Notes under the pieces: model-generated
Told to the model about the DNA's origin: nothing
The model's input: the letters and a program-made list of their open reading frames with translations, nothing else
Databases searched by the model: none
IMG/VR virus record: IMGVR_UViG_3300032083_001532
Coordinates: 1 to 58,474 of that record
From: a virus
Lineage: Duplodnaviria; Caudoviricetes
Length of the DNA: 58,474 nt
Strand: one strand, 5' to 3'
Program-made: the position numbers and the translations under genes
Part shown: in pieces, positions 18,961 through 28,179 of the stretch
How positions within the stretch are numbered: position 1 is the stretch's first letter
How the letters are laid out: each line of letters starts with the position of its first letter

Positions 18961-20277
18961 ATGAGCCTCTATGCTTCTGTTGTCGGGTTTCAGGCTAAGA
19001 CGACGACGGGTACGCTTGACATTACAGGCAGCCTTGGTGGTGAGAACCCGAAGGCAGCATTGTTTTTTATGACTGAAGAAACCACCTTATCCAACACGCC
19101 TTTGACGCCCTTTCATTTCACGATGGGCATGACGGACGGGACGAACGAGTTTTATTCAGTGGTTCACTCGGAAACGGGTGTTACAACGACGGACGACTAC
19201 AGTGCGGCCTATACCGATGCTGTTTTGAGGGGCTTGGATGGTTCTGGTTCGCAGACATACAAGGCTGCTTTTGATAGCTGGATAACAGACGGTGTGCGGA
19301 TTGACTGGACTGATGCTGCGCCTTCTGCCTTTCAAGGGTTTGTTGTGCTGCTTGGCGGCTCTGATCTTGCGAATGCCTATGTTGGTACGTGTGGCACGGG
19401 TGCCACGGTTACTGATCCGGGTTTCTCGGTAAATCAGGTAATTATGGCGGCGATTGGCACGGGTATTGCCAGCGGCACGGTTGCTAACGGCGCACATATG
19501 ATGTTTGGCATGGGGCTTGATACCAGCACGTTCAGTAATAGCACGTCTTCGAATTTGGGTTGGTCGTTTCTAATGCGGGATGGATTGTCAACATCATCAC
19601 CGAGTTCTGTTTGGGAAGATGCTTGCGTGATTTCAAAAATCACCGATAGCGGTACAACCGGATTTGATTATAACATGACTGTTGGCACATGGAGCGCCAG
19701 CGGTTTTACGACGACGAGCGACAATAGCAACTCGGACAAGGTTGGCTATCTGGCGCTGGAATGGAACAGCAGTTGTGATGTTCGTTTAGAGCCATTTGAC
19801 AACAACAATTATACATCCACAGGCGTGACCAAGCACGATTACGGTGTGACATTTGGCGGCACTGGAACGCCGGTTCTTAATATGTTGTCTGGTAGCCTTT
19901 CAAGGCGAGACACTGGTCTCCGAGATAATAATGACGCTGGTGGTATGCACATTGCAGCGACGGATGGTACGACAGACAAAGCTGTCGGCGGCGGTGTAGA
20001 TGATGGGGTGTCAACAACGGCGACTGGCTCCAATGCCTCATCTAAGTCTCTCGCTATCCCTAATCCTTTTGCGCCACATAGCAGCAGTGCATGGATCAGG
20101 GCAACATTTGATAGCTGGGCCACAGATGGTGTGAACCATAATTATGACGCGGTAGCCGGTGGCTCGAATTATCACTATCTTGGTTGGGTTGTCGTTCCGT
20201 CTGGTTTGACGGCTAATGTCGTCGGGACCGGCTTACTGGATAGTCAGAAACTGTCACGAATGAGGTTGGCACGATGA
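18961..20277 (+). CDS. Thr/Ser/Gly-rich putative receptor-binding or tail protein
   Basis: 438 aa, beta-rich with internal repetition (e.g. A.FDSW.TDGV twice); in the tail module. Confidence 0.65.
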   Translation: MSLYASVVGFQAKTTTGTLDITGSLGGENPKAALFFMTEETTLSNTPLTPFHFTMGMTDGTNEFYSVVHSETGVTTTDDYSAAYTDAVLRGLDGSGSQTYKAAFDSWITDGVRIDWTDAAPSAFQGFVVLLGGSDLANAYVGTCGTGATVTDPGFSVNQVIMAAIGTGIASGTVANGAHMMFGMGLDTSTFSNSTSSNLGWSFLMRDGLSTSSPSSVWEDACVISKITDSGTTGFDYNMTVGTWSASGFTTTSDNSNSDKVGYLALEWNSSCDVRLEPFDNNNYTSTGVTKHDYGVTFGGTGTPVLNMLSGSLSRRDTGLRDNNDAGGMHIAATDGTTDKAVGGGVDDGVSTTATGSNASSKSLAIPNPFAPHSSSAWIRATFDSWATDGVNHNYDAVAGGSNYHYLGWVVVPSGLTANVVGTGLLDSQKLSRMRLAR

Positions 20278-21377
20278 ATTATGTAGGCGACTTTGCCGCA
20301 GACGAAACGGTATATCTGAATTTCGCCAGCTACGACAGCAACGGCGCGTCTGTGACGTTGACCGGCTTTGCAACCAGCGATATTCAGATTTACAAGAACG
20401 GTGGCACGACCCAGCGCAGCAGCAATGCCGGGTACACGGTATCCACGGACTTCGACGCGATTACCGGCATTCACGCTATTTCGATTGATACCAGCAATAA
20501 CACGGACGCAGGCTTCTTTGCCGCAGGCAATGATTACGTTGTGATTGTGTCCAGCGTCACTATTGACAGCCAGACGGTTAGCCTTGTTGCTGGTTCGTTC
20601 TCGATTGAAAACAGGTTCATGCGGGGGACAGATAGTGCTGCCTTGGCTACAGATTTAGCCACGGTCGATACGAATGTAGACGCCATTCTTGTGGATACTG
20701 GCACGACAATTCCCGCACAGATTACGGGGTTGAATGACCTGTCAGCCGCCCAAGTCAATGCCGAAGTTGACACTGCAATTTCTGATGCGGCATTGGCGAC
20801 GGCAGCGAACTTGGCGACGGTTGACACGAATGTCGATGCTATTCTTGTGGACACGGGCACGACTATTCCGGCGCAGATCAGCGGGTTGAATGATATTTCA
20901 GCAGCCGAAGTAAACGCCGAAGTTGACACCGCGTTGCTGGATTATGATGGCCCGACGAAAGCCGAACTCGACGCTGGTCTGGCGGCGCTGAATGATCCGA
21001 CTGCGGCAGCGATTGCCGATGCGGTGCTAGACGAGGCAACAGCAGGCCACACAACACCGGGAACCGTTGGCGCAGCCATTGTGGATATACTGGCAGACAC
21101 GAACGAGTTACAGGCCGATGATGTGCCCGGCCTGATCGCGGCGCTAAATGACGTATCAATTGGTGATATACTGCAAACGCAGTTGACAGAAAGCTATGCC
21201 ACAGATGGCGTTGCGCCAACGCTGACGCAGGCTGTGATGCTTATTCAGCAGATATTGACTGAATTGAATATAAGCGGCCTGACAGGCACGATTAAGAAGC
21301 TGGACGGCAGCACGACGGCGGCAACATTGACATATGATAGCGCGACACAACCGACTAGCGTAACGCGGAGCGGCTAA
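20274..21377 (+). CDS. putative tail fibre/spike protein with internal repeat
   Basis: tandem ~52-aa repeat LATVDTNVDAILVDTGTTIPAQI.GLND.SAA.VNAEVDTA; ATGA overlap. Confidence 0.7.
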   Translation: MNYVGDFAADETVYLNFASYDSNGASVTLTGFATSDIQIYKNGGTTQRSSNAGYTVSTDFDAITGIHAISIDTSNNTDAGFFAAGNDYVVIVSSVTIDSQTVSLVAGSFSIENRFMRGTDSAALATDLATVDTNVDAILVDTGTTIPAQITGLNDLSAAQVNAEVDTAISDAALATAANLATVDTNVDAILVDTGTTIPAQISGLNDISAAEVNAEVDTALLDYDGPTKAELDAGLAALNDPTAAAIADAVLDEATAGHTTPGTVGAAIVDILADTNELQADDVPGLIAALNDVSIGDILQTQLTESYATDGVAPTLTQAVMLIQQILTELNISGLTGTIKKLDGSTTAATLTYDSATQPTSVTRSG

Positions 21378-22159
21378 TGACCTTATCGGTCGTTACCCGT
21401 GGCTTCGGCCCAGCGGGGAGTATTAATCGCGTCGTGACGATGGGCTTTGGCCCTGAGTTCATTGAGGCCAATACCGGGGCCTATACGCTTACGGGCAACG
21501 CTGCAAACCTGATCAAGGGCAGCACCATTGGTGCGGTCAAGGGGACATACTCCCTGACGGGCCTGCCTGCCGCATTAAGTCGTGGCTACTACATAAGCCC
21601 AGAAGACAATGCGTTCAATCTTGTGGGGGCTGCGGTTGGTTTATTAAAGGCCAGCGTTGTTGATGCCGACACAGGGGCGTACACCCTAACAGGGATCAGT
21701 GCTGATCTTGACCATGCGGCGGTCATTGGTGCTGGTACTGGCGCATACACCCTGACAGGAAACGATGTTGCCCTTAACTGGGGCACATTGATTGAGCCGG
21801 TTGTTGGTGCTTATACCCTTGTTGGCCAAGATGCCACCCTGACAAAAGCATCAACGATTAGCCTGACCGTTGGGGCCTACACCCTTACGGGCATTGACGT
21901 TGGATTAAAGCGAGGGCTTGTCCTTGGCGGTGCGGTTGGTGCCTATACCCTGACAGGGCAGGATATAACGCTCAAATATTCCAAGCTGTACGCTGATGCC
22001 GGAACCTACACATTGACGGGTGGTGATATCGGGTTGGCGTCAAGCGCATGGGTGGAAGTTCCTGATACAGACGGAACATGGACAGAGGTATCGGACACAG
22101 ACAACACATGGGTCGAAGTATCAGACACAGACAACACATGGACGGAAACGGTGACTTAA
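21377..22159 (+). CDS. repeat-rich tail fibre-like protein
   Basis: multiple GAYTLTG repeats about 30 aa apart; C-terminal W.EV.DTD.T repeats. Confidence 0.7.
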   Translation: MTLSVVTRGFGPAGSINRVVTMGFGPEFIEANTGAYTLTGNAANLIKGSTIGAVKGTYSLTGLPAALSRGYYISPEDNAFNLVGAAVGLLKASVVDADTGAYTLTGISADLDHAAVIGAGTGAYTLTGNDVALNWGTLIEPVVGAYTLVGQDATLTKASTISLTVGAYTLTGIDVGLKRGLVLGGAVGAYTLTGQDITLKYSKLYADAGTYTLTGGDIGLASSAWVEVPDTDGTWTEVSDTDNTWVEVSDTDNTWTETVT

Positions 22160-22951
22160 ATGGCAAGCACGTACACAACATTAGGATTTGAGGACCAAGC
22201 AACCGGGGAGAACTCCGGCACTTGGGGAACAAAGGCCGATGTGATCTTTCTTCAAATTGAAGAGCTTCTTGGTGTCAACACTTATGAATGGGCATCAGAC
22301 GCCAACCAGACCCTGAACCTCAGCGACGGGGCAACGGGCGAAGACGCTCGCGCCCAAGCCCTGATCCTGACAGCAGGAACAATTACTGCGGCACGCGACT
22401 TGACGCTTGGCCCAAATGATGTGGAAAAAACTTACATCATCCAGAATGACACAGGTTACACGATCACTGTAAAGCAGGGATCAGGTGCCTCTGTTGCTGT
22501 TCCTACGGGTCAGCGCAGCATGGTCTACATGGATGGTGGCGGGGCCACTGCTGCTGTCTATTCTGTATTTGACAACGTGGCTCTGGAACGACCACGGATG
22601 CAAAGCTACACAGAAGCGGTCAACGCTATTGGCACCACGTCTTCTGCTACATGTGATATGTCGGCCTATTCAATGTTTACCCTGACAGCCAGCGGATCAA
22701 CAACGATCAACCTGACGAACGCCCCCACATCTGGCGAGGCCGGGTTCGCCACTATTATTGTTACCAATGATGCGACACCGCAGTCGTCTTACACTTGGCA
22801 GTACGGAGGGAGCGCCATGACAATCCTTTCTACTGGCGGTGTTGACCCGGCTCCAACTGCATCAAATGGCGCGGTCGATGTGTTTACGTTCTTCACCCTT
22901 GATGGCGGCACCAATTTCTACGCAACCGAAAGCATACTGAACGCAACGTAA
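22160..22951 (+). CDS. tail fibre protein
   Basis: MASTY...ATGENSGTWG N-terminal anchor typical of this phage type; C-terminal AVDVFTFFTLDGGTNFY. Confidence 0.7.
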   Translation: MASTYTTLGFEDQATGENSGTWGTKADVIFLQIEELLGVNTYEWASDANQTLNLSDGATGEDARAQALILTAGTITAARDLTLGPNDVEKTYIIQNDTGYTITVKQGSGASVAVPTGQRSMVYMDGGGATAAVYSVFDNVALERPRMQSYTEAVNAIGTTSSATCDMSAYSMFTLTASGSTTINLTNAPTSGEAGFATIIVTNDATPQSSYTWQYGGSAMTILSTGGVDPAPTASNGAVDVFTFFTLDGGTNFYATESILNAT

Positions 22952-23265
22952 TGACTACGGTAGTCACAGAAATAGTCTTGATCAGCGTGACCGAGCAGCA
23001 GGACTTGGCTTCCTGTCCGTGGCGCGAGTTCCTTGATGTGAAAGGGCTTCCTTACAAGGACTTGAATTATGTAAATTGTGACGAGGCACAATTACGTAAC
23101 GCTCTTTATCCCATTGAGACGTGGTTAGATAATGAAGTCATCAAACGGTCAGACCTTCCTGTCATTGTGTATCAGTATGCTGAGACAATGAACCCGGTGA
23201 GGTCTGTCATTCTCAGGACTGTGGTTGAGGCTAAAAAAGATAACCGCCTGAAAGGAATGGCCTGA
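22951..23265 (+). CDS. hypothetical protein (weak glutaredoxin-like)
   Basis: translationally coupled at both ends; SCPWREFL..KGLPY..LNY. Confidence 0.55.
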   Translation: MTTVVTEIVLISVTEQQDLASCPWREFLDVKGLPYKDLNYVNCDEAQLRNALYPIETWLDNEVIKRSDLPVIVYQYAETMNPVRSVILRTVVEAKKDNRLKGMA

Positions 23266-24398
23266 TGCCGGGAGCAAAGCACCTTCTGCTTAGGGATTAT
23301 GTGCCCGCAGGCAGCGCAAACTTTACGTCACCGGGAAACTGGACGGCTCCTCCGGGCGTCACGTCCATTACTATTACCGGCACAGGAGCTACAGGCAACT
23401 CAGGTAATCCCGGTAATGTGGGTGCGGGTGGCGCAGGGGGTGCGGCTGGCAACCCCGGCAACGCAGGTACGGCAGGTACAGGCGGCGCAGGGGGTACCGG
23501 TGGGGCCGCAGGTGGCGGTGGTGATGCAGGCGGTGTTTCCCCCAACCCGGCAGGGTCTCCTGACGCAGAAAGCGCAAACCCGACAAACAAAGCCAATGGG
23601 GCAACCTACACTGCCTTTGGACCTAATCCGGGTGGCACAGGCGGTGGATACACAAATACTCTGGATGGCTATGGCGGTCCCGGCGCAGCAGGTCTCACGG
23701 GGACAAGCAATCCTTTTTCCATTCCGGGTAATGTTGGTGGTTCTGGTGGTGGTCGTGGTGTTGCTGGTAATCCGGGCGGATCAGGCAATGCTGGCGCTGC
23801 TGGCACGGCAGGTGATAGCGCGGGAACAGGCAGTCCCGGTGGCACAGGGTCCGCAGGCACAAATGGCAATACAGGTGATAGCTCAACAGTAACGCCGACA
23901 TCTCCTTCTGCCCCAGCCATCTTTACAGCGCTGGGTGGCGCTGGCGGCAACGCGGGCAACGCTGGCAATCCCGGCAACGCAGGTAGCCCCGGTACGGCAG
24001 GGACTGGTGGTAACGCGGGTAATCCGGGGAACCCCGGTGGCGCAGGTAGTCGAGGCGGTGGCGGCGGTGGCGGCGGTGGGCTGTCTATTGCTGGTACGGC
24101 TGGCGATCCGGCCACAGGCGGTGGTGCTGGTGGCGCTGGTGGCAATTATCCATCTGGGGGAGGTAGTCCCGGCAATCCCGGCAACGCAGGTAGCCCCGGT
24201 ACTTCTGGAACGGGTGGTAATCCCGGCAATGATGGTGCTGCTGGTGCGGCTGGCAATCCCGGCAACGAAGCCAATCCCGGCAACGCAGGTAGCGCGGCCA
24301 GCCCAACAAACAACAACCACACTGTCCCAGCGGCCAGCACGCATTCAGTAGTTGTCCCGACCAATGGAAGTGTTACGATTAGCTGGGCGCAACAATAA
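23265..24398 (+). CDS. glycine-rich (G-N-P/G-N-A repeat) protein
   Basis: FTSPGNWTAPPGVTSITITG.GA.G start; long Gly-X-Y runs (GNPGNAGSPGTAG). Confidence 0.8.
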   Translation: MPGAKHLLLRDYVPAGSANFTSPGNWTAPPGVTSITITGTGATGNSGNPGNVGAGGAGGAAGNPGNAGTAGTGGAGGTGGAAGGGGDAGGVSPNPAGSPDAESANPTNKANGATYTAFGPNPGGTGGGYTNTLDGYGGPGAAGLTGTSNPFSIPGNVGGSGGGRGVAGNPGGSGNAGAAGTAGDSAGTGSPGGTGSAGTNGNTGDSSTVTPTSPSAPAIFTALGGAGGNAGNAGNPGNAGSPGTAGTGGNAGNPGNPGGAGSRGGGGGGGGGLSIAGTAGDPATGGGAGGAGGNYPSGGGSPGNPGNAGSPGTSGTGGNPGNDGAAGAAGNPGNEANPGNAGSAASPTNNNHTVPAASTHSVVVPTNGSVTISWAQQ

Positions 24399-24413
24399 TG
24401 ACTGGACACCATT

Positions 24414-25145
24414 GTGTGGAAATCATTCTCTGGCGGGAAGGGCATTTCTTTTCGTTGTTATGAAGGCCATTGGGATGTAATTCCAAAGCCTTATCCGGCC
24501 AGATACGACAAGCCGGACTGGTATAAAAAAATACCAGCCCGCATCAAGGAAAACCCGGACAAGAAGGGGCCGGGGAATATCAGGCGCTCGACCATAAGAC
24601 GCTGCACACCAGTTCAGGATGCAATGGAAGTAGGGTGGATCATCCCTCTCGCGGCAGATGTCTCATTTACCTCCAATGAGGACGCTAGTGAAGTCAGCTA
24701 TGAATGGGCCTTCGGGTCACCCATGGTGGAAAATCACTCAGCGGAGCAGATAGGCGGTGAAAACCACCCGGATTATCCCAAGCCGCCATTGAAGTTCCTA
24801 AACTGGTGGCAGATCAAGGTGCCGGACGATTACTCCGTACTTTTTGTCCCACCCCTCAACAGGCCGAACCCATGGTTCACTTGTATGTCGGGGTTTGTTG
24901 ATTGTGACAGGTACGATGAGTTCATCAATTTTCCGTTTATTTGGCACGCGGAAAATTATGAAGGGCACATCCCGGCAGGAACGCCACTCGTTCAAGCCAT
25001 ACCGATCAAGCGTAAGTCATTGATAAAAAAAGGTTCTATTGAACCAATGACTGTTGATCAATTTGAGGATTTGGAGAAGCTTCGTCGCAGGCGATCCTCC
25101 CATGAGAGCCTGTATCGCGACACGATGCGCGAAAGGAAATGGTGA
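24414..25145 (+). CDS. DUF6065-like protein
   Basis: P.WYK, TIRRC.P..DAM..GWIIPL, KFLN.W.I..P..YSVLF.PP.N, G.VD.D, NFPF, AGTPLVQ.IP.KR. Confidence 0.65.
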   Translation: MWKSFSGGKGISFRCYEGHWDVIPKPYPARYDKPDWYKKIPARIKENPDKKGPGNIRRSTIRRCTPVQDAMEVGWIIPLAADVSFTSNEDASEVSYEWAFGSPMVENHSAEQIGGENHPDYPKPPLKFLNWWQIKVPDDYSVLFVPPLNRPNPWFTCMSGFVDCDRYDEFINFPFIWHAENYEGHIPAGTPLVQAIPIKRKSLIKKGSIEPMTVDQFEDLEKLRRRRSSHESLYRDTMRERKW

Positions 25146-25151
25146 CTGGTC

Positions 25152-25769
25152 ATGTTTCCATTCGCCCCCAGCCCGGAGCATATAGCATTTGGCCATCATC
25201 CATTTGCTTATTGGGATGAAGGCTTCTCGGAAGAAGCTTTGCAGGAACTCAGTGAAGCTGTCGATGATGTGGACCCGCAAGACGCTGTTGTCGGCAAAGG
25301 GGTAAAGAACGCCGAATACAGGTCCAGCACTGTCAGGTGGTTAAACCCCCACGCCGTGCCGATGTTCAGTTCCATTCTGGCTGACATTGTTCGCAAGTTG
25401 AACGGCGAGTGTTACGGCTTTGACCTGTGGGGATTTGGTGAGGCTTTGCAGCACACCACATACGAAGCGCCAGAGGGTTTCGGGCGGATGAAGATATCTG
25501 TCCCAGAGGCTTACGGGCACTATGATTGGCATATGGACATAGGCGACAACACTGACATGTGCCGGAAATTGTCAGCCGTTACCTTCCTTAATGACGATTA
25601 TGAGGGTGGCGACCTGCAAGTCATGATGGCTGCGGAGCCAATAACCATTGAGAAGAAGCCCGGTCGGGTAATTGTTTTCCCGTCCTATCATCTTCACAGG
25701 GTTACGCCGGTAACAAAGGGGACAAGGAAAACCTTGGTGTCTTGGGTATCAGGACCAAAGTTCAGGTAA
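25152..25769 (+). CDS. 2OG-Fe(II) oxygenase (prolyl-hydroxylase/PKHD-like)
   Basis: YDWHMD (HxD), RKLS, YEGGDL, IVFPSY.LHRVTPVTKG.RK.LV.W. Confidence 0.9.
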   Translation: MFPFAPSPEHIAFGHHPFAYWDEGFSEEALQELSEAVDDVDPQDAVVGKGVKNAEYRSSTVRWLNPHAVPMFSSILADIVRKLNGECYGFDLWGFGEALQHTTYEAPEGFGRMKISVPEAYGHYDWHMDIGDNTDMCRKLSAVTFLNDDYEGGDLQVMMAAEPITIEKKPGRVIVFPSYHLHRVTPVTKGTRKTLVSWVSGPKFR

Positions 25770-25781
25770 TGAGAGAGCGAA

Positions 25782-27620
25782 ATGACACTTATTTCACTGG
25801 AATTCCAACCGGGAATTAACAAGGAATGGACCGACTATGCAGCCGAGGGAGGCTGGGTAGACGGTGATAAAGTGCGTTTTCGCAAAGGGCGTCCAGAAAA
25901 AATTGGTGGCTGGGGTAAGGTTACCTCAAATACTTTTCTTGGCGTATGCCGTGCGATCCATACGTGGTCTGATTTGTCGTCGGCCATTCGTGGCGGGCTT
26001 GGCACCCACCTGAAATATTATATCGAAGAGGGGGGCGTGTTTTATGACGTTACCCCCATTCGCAGCGATGTCACGCTGGGCACTGATCCAATCACGACAG
26101 ATGCCGCTGCATCAGGAATAATTACGGTTACCCATGCCAGCCATGGCGCAATCCTGAATGATTACGTCACGTTCTCCGGCGCAACGGCTGTGGACGGGAT
26201 TACCGCCGACGAAATTAACACCGAACACCAGATCACAGAGATTGTGAATGCCAACTCATACAAGGTGGACACGGGTGGCTCTGCCTCTGCTGGCTCTGTT
26301 TCCGGTGGCGGGGCTTCGGTTGACGCTGAATACCAGATCAACACTGGCAGCATTGATTTTGTTGCCGGTCAGGGTTGGGGTGCTGGTACATGGTCCAACT
26401 CAGATGTTGGTTGGGGTGAAGCCAACACAGCCGCATCTATTGGCGGCACTGCGATCCGGCTTTGGACGCATGATAATTTTGGCGAAGACCTGATCATCAA
26501 CCCCCGTGGCAGTGAGGTTTATTATTGGGATACAAGCAACGGTACTTCTACTCGTGCTGTTGCCTTGAGTACCCTTGGCGGGGCCAGCGATACACCAACG
26601 AACTGCAATATTGTTCTGGTGAGTGAGAACCGGCAGGTTATTGGATACGGCACCAACAGCATTGGAACCTCAACGCAAGACCCTATGCTTGTTCGCTGGA
26701 CCGATGAAGAAGACGCTACAAACTGGACGCCATCACCCTCCAATTCTGCTGGCGGGTATCGTCTTGGCGTTGGGTCGGGGATTGTGGCGGCAGAGAAGGC
26801 CAGACAGGAAATCCTTATTTGGACGACAAGCGCCATTTATTCCCAGAGATTTACTGGTGCCCCGTATTACTGGGGCTTTTCGCTCCTGAGCCAGAATGTG
26901 TCGATCATTTCCCCGAGCGCCGCAATCATGGCGGATAGCATTATGTACTGGATGGATAACGGAACGTTCTATCGGTACACAGGGCGGGTTGAAGTGGTTC
27001 CCTGTTCAGTGCTTTCTTATGTGTTTGATGACCTGAATTATGACCAGTCATATAAGGTTGTGGCTGGCGGCAACTCAGCCTATGGCGAAGTATGGTGGTT
27101 CTATCCGTCAGTGTCTGGCGGCACCGATGAAATCGACCGCTACGTGATGTACAACTACAAAGAAAACTCTTGGAGTATCGGCACGCTTGTCAGGACTGCG
27201 TGGGAAGAAAGCCGCTTGAGGAGCAATCCTATTGCGGCTGGCACGGATAATTACCTGTGGAACCATGAACTGGGCGAGAACGCTGATGGCGCAGCAATGG
27301 CTTCGTATATCCAGAGCGCAGATATGGATATGACGGGGCGCGATGGTGGTGAGGGGGATAGACTTTACTTTGCCCACCGGCTTATTCCCGACATGAAAAT
27401 GTCCAATGGTGAGGTCACTATCAAACTGAACATGAAGAACTACCCGCAGGACACAGAACGCACCCCTGTATCTGTGACAGTCCTGCCTTCTGATACAAAG
27501 AAAAGCATCCGCGCAAGAGGCAGGCATATGAACGTCCGGGTGGAGAGCGACTTCATTAACACTGACTGGCGACTTGGCAATACAAGGGTTGATGTCAGGG
27601 CAGACGGGCGAAGAGAATGA
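25782..27620 (+). CDS. tail nozzle / stabilisation protein (P22 gp10/T7 gp12-like)
   Basis: PGIN...T.Y..EGGW.D.DKVRFR.G.PEKIGGW start, W..DNFGEDL, EVWWFYPS, W..G.L.RTAW, WRLG..R.D...DGRR end. Confidence 0.75.
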   Translation: MTLISLEFQPGINKEWTDYAAEGGWVDGDKVRFRKGRPEKIGGWGKVTSNTFLGVCRAIHTWSDLSSAIRGGLGTHLKYYIEEGGVFYDVTPIRSDVTLGTDPITTDAAASGIITVTHASHGAILNDYVTFSGATAVDGITADEINTEHQITEIVNANSYKVDTGGSASAGSVSGGGASVDAEYQINTGSIDFVAGQGWGAGTWSNSDVGWGEANTAASIGGTAIRLWTHDNFGEDLIINPRGSEVYYWDTSNGTSTRAVALSTLGGASDTPTNCNIVLVSENRQVIGYGTNSIGTSTQDPMLVRWTDEEDATNWTPSPSNSAGGYRLGVGSGIVAAEKARQEILIWTTSAIYSQRFTGAPYYWGFSLLSQNVSIISPSAAIMADSIMYWMDNGTFYRYTGRVEVVPCSVLSYVFDDLNYDQSYKVVAGGNSAYGEVWWFYPSVSGGTDEIDRYVMYNYKENSWSIGTLVRTAWEESRLRSNPIAAGTDNYLWNHELGENADGAAMASYIQSADMDMTGRDGGEGDRLYFAHRLIPDMKMSNGEVTIKLNMKNYPQDTERTPVSVTVLPSDTKKSIRARGRHMNVRVESDFINTDWRLGNTRVDVRADGRRE

Positions 27621-27829
27621 CAAGCGAAACAAGCTTCTTTGAGAACTTTCAGATTGCTCCCCCGGAGTATGACACAATGGAAGAGCAGCAGTTCAGGCAA
27701 CAGTTGGAGCGAGTAATCGAATTACTTCACTCTGACATTCTTGCGCTTGCCAACTTTACTGGTTCACAGGAAACTAACGCGATCAAGAAGTACCAGTTCT
27801 TGTCGCGCATTACCGGTGAGGTTGGTTAA
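27617..27829 (+). CDS. small virion-module protein
   Basis: APPEYD motif; ATGA overlap. Confidence 0.6.
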   Translation: MTSETSFFENFQIAPPEYDTMEEQQFRQQLERVIELLHSDILALANFTGSQETNAIKKYQFLSRITGEVG

Positions 27830-28173
27830 TGGCAGAGATCATCAAGGTTCTTGGTCAGGTAGATGTTGATGCCACGACAGAGGCAACGCTTTACACAGTG
27901 CCGAGCTATTCAACGGCGGTAATTTCTTCGATTTCTGTTTGTGAACGGAACAATGCGGCGGCAACATTCAGGATATCAGTGTCTGTGGCCGGGGCGGCAA
28001 CAGCGACCAAGGATTACATTTATTACGACCACACCCTTGGAGCGAACGACACCATTCATGTCTGCACAGGCATTACCCTGAATGAAACAGATGTGGTGCG
28101 CGTTTACGCCAGCACCACAGACGTAAGCTTTTCAATCTTCGGCGTAGAAACCACAAGAGAACAATCCACTTAG
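27829..28173 (+). CDS. virion structural protein
   Basis: KVLGQ...TLYTVP...SSI.VC...FRI...YIYYD...GITL...DVVRVYAS...SFS.FGVE. Confidence 0.7.
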   Translation: MAEIIKVLGQVDVDATTEATLYTVPSYSTAVISSISVCERNNAAATFRISVSVAGAATATKDYIYYDHTLGANDTIHVCTGITLNETDVVRVYASTTDVSFSIFGVETTREQST

Positions 28174-28179
28174 GAGCGG

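Noticed and set aside
20640-20935. Diversity-generating retroelement TR/VR pair
   Set aside because: It is an in-frame tandem duplication with mostly synonymous, non-adenine-specific differences, and no reverse transcriptase is present.
23297-24445. Pro-rich antisense and alternate-frame ORFs
   Set aside because: Shadow ORFs caused by Gly-codon repeats of the real 23265-24398 gene.
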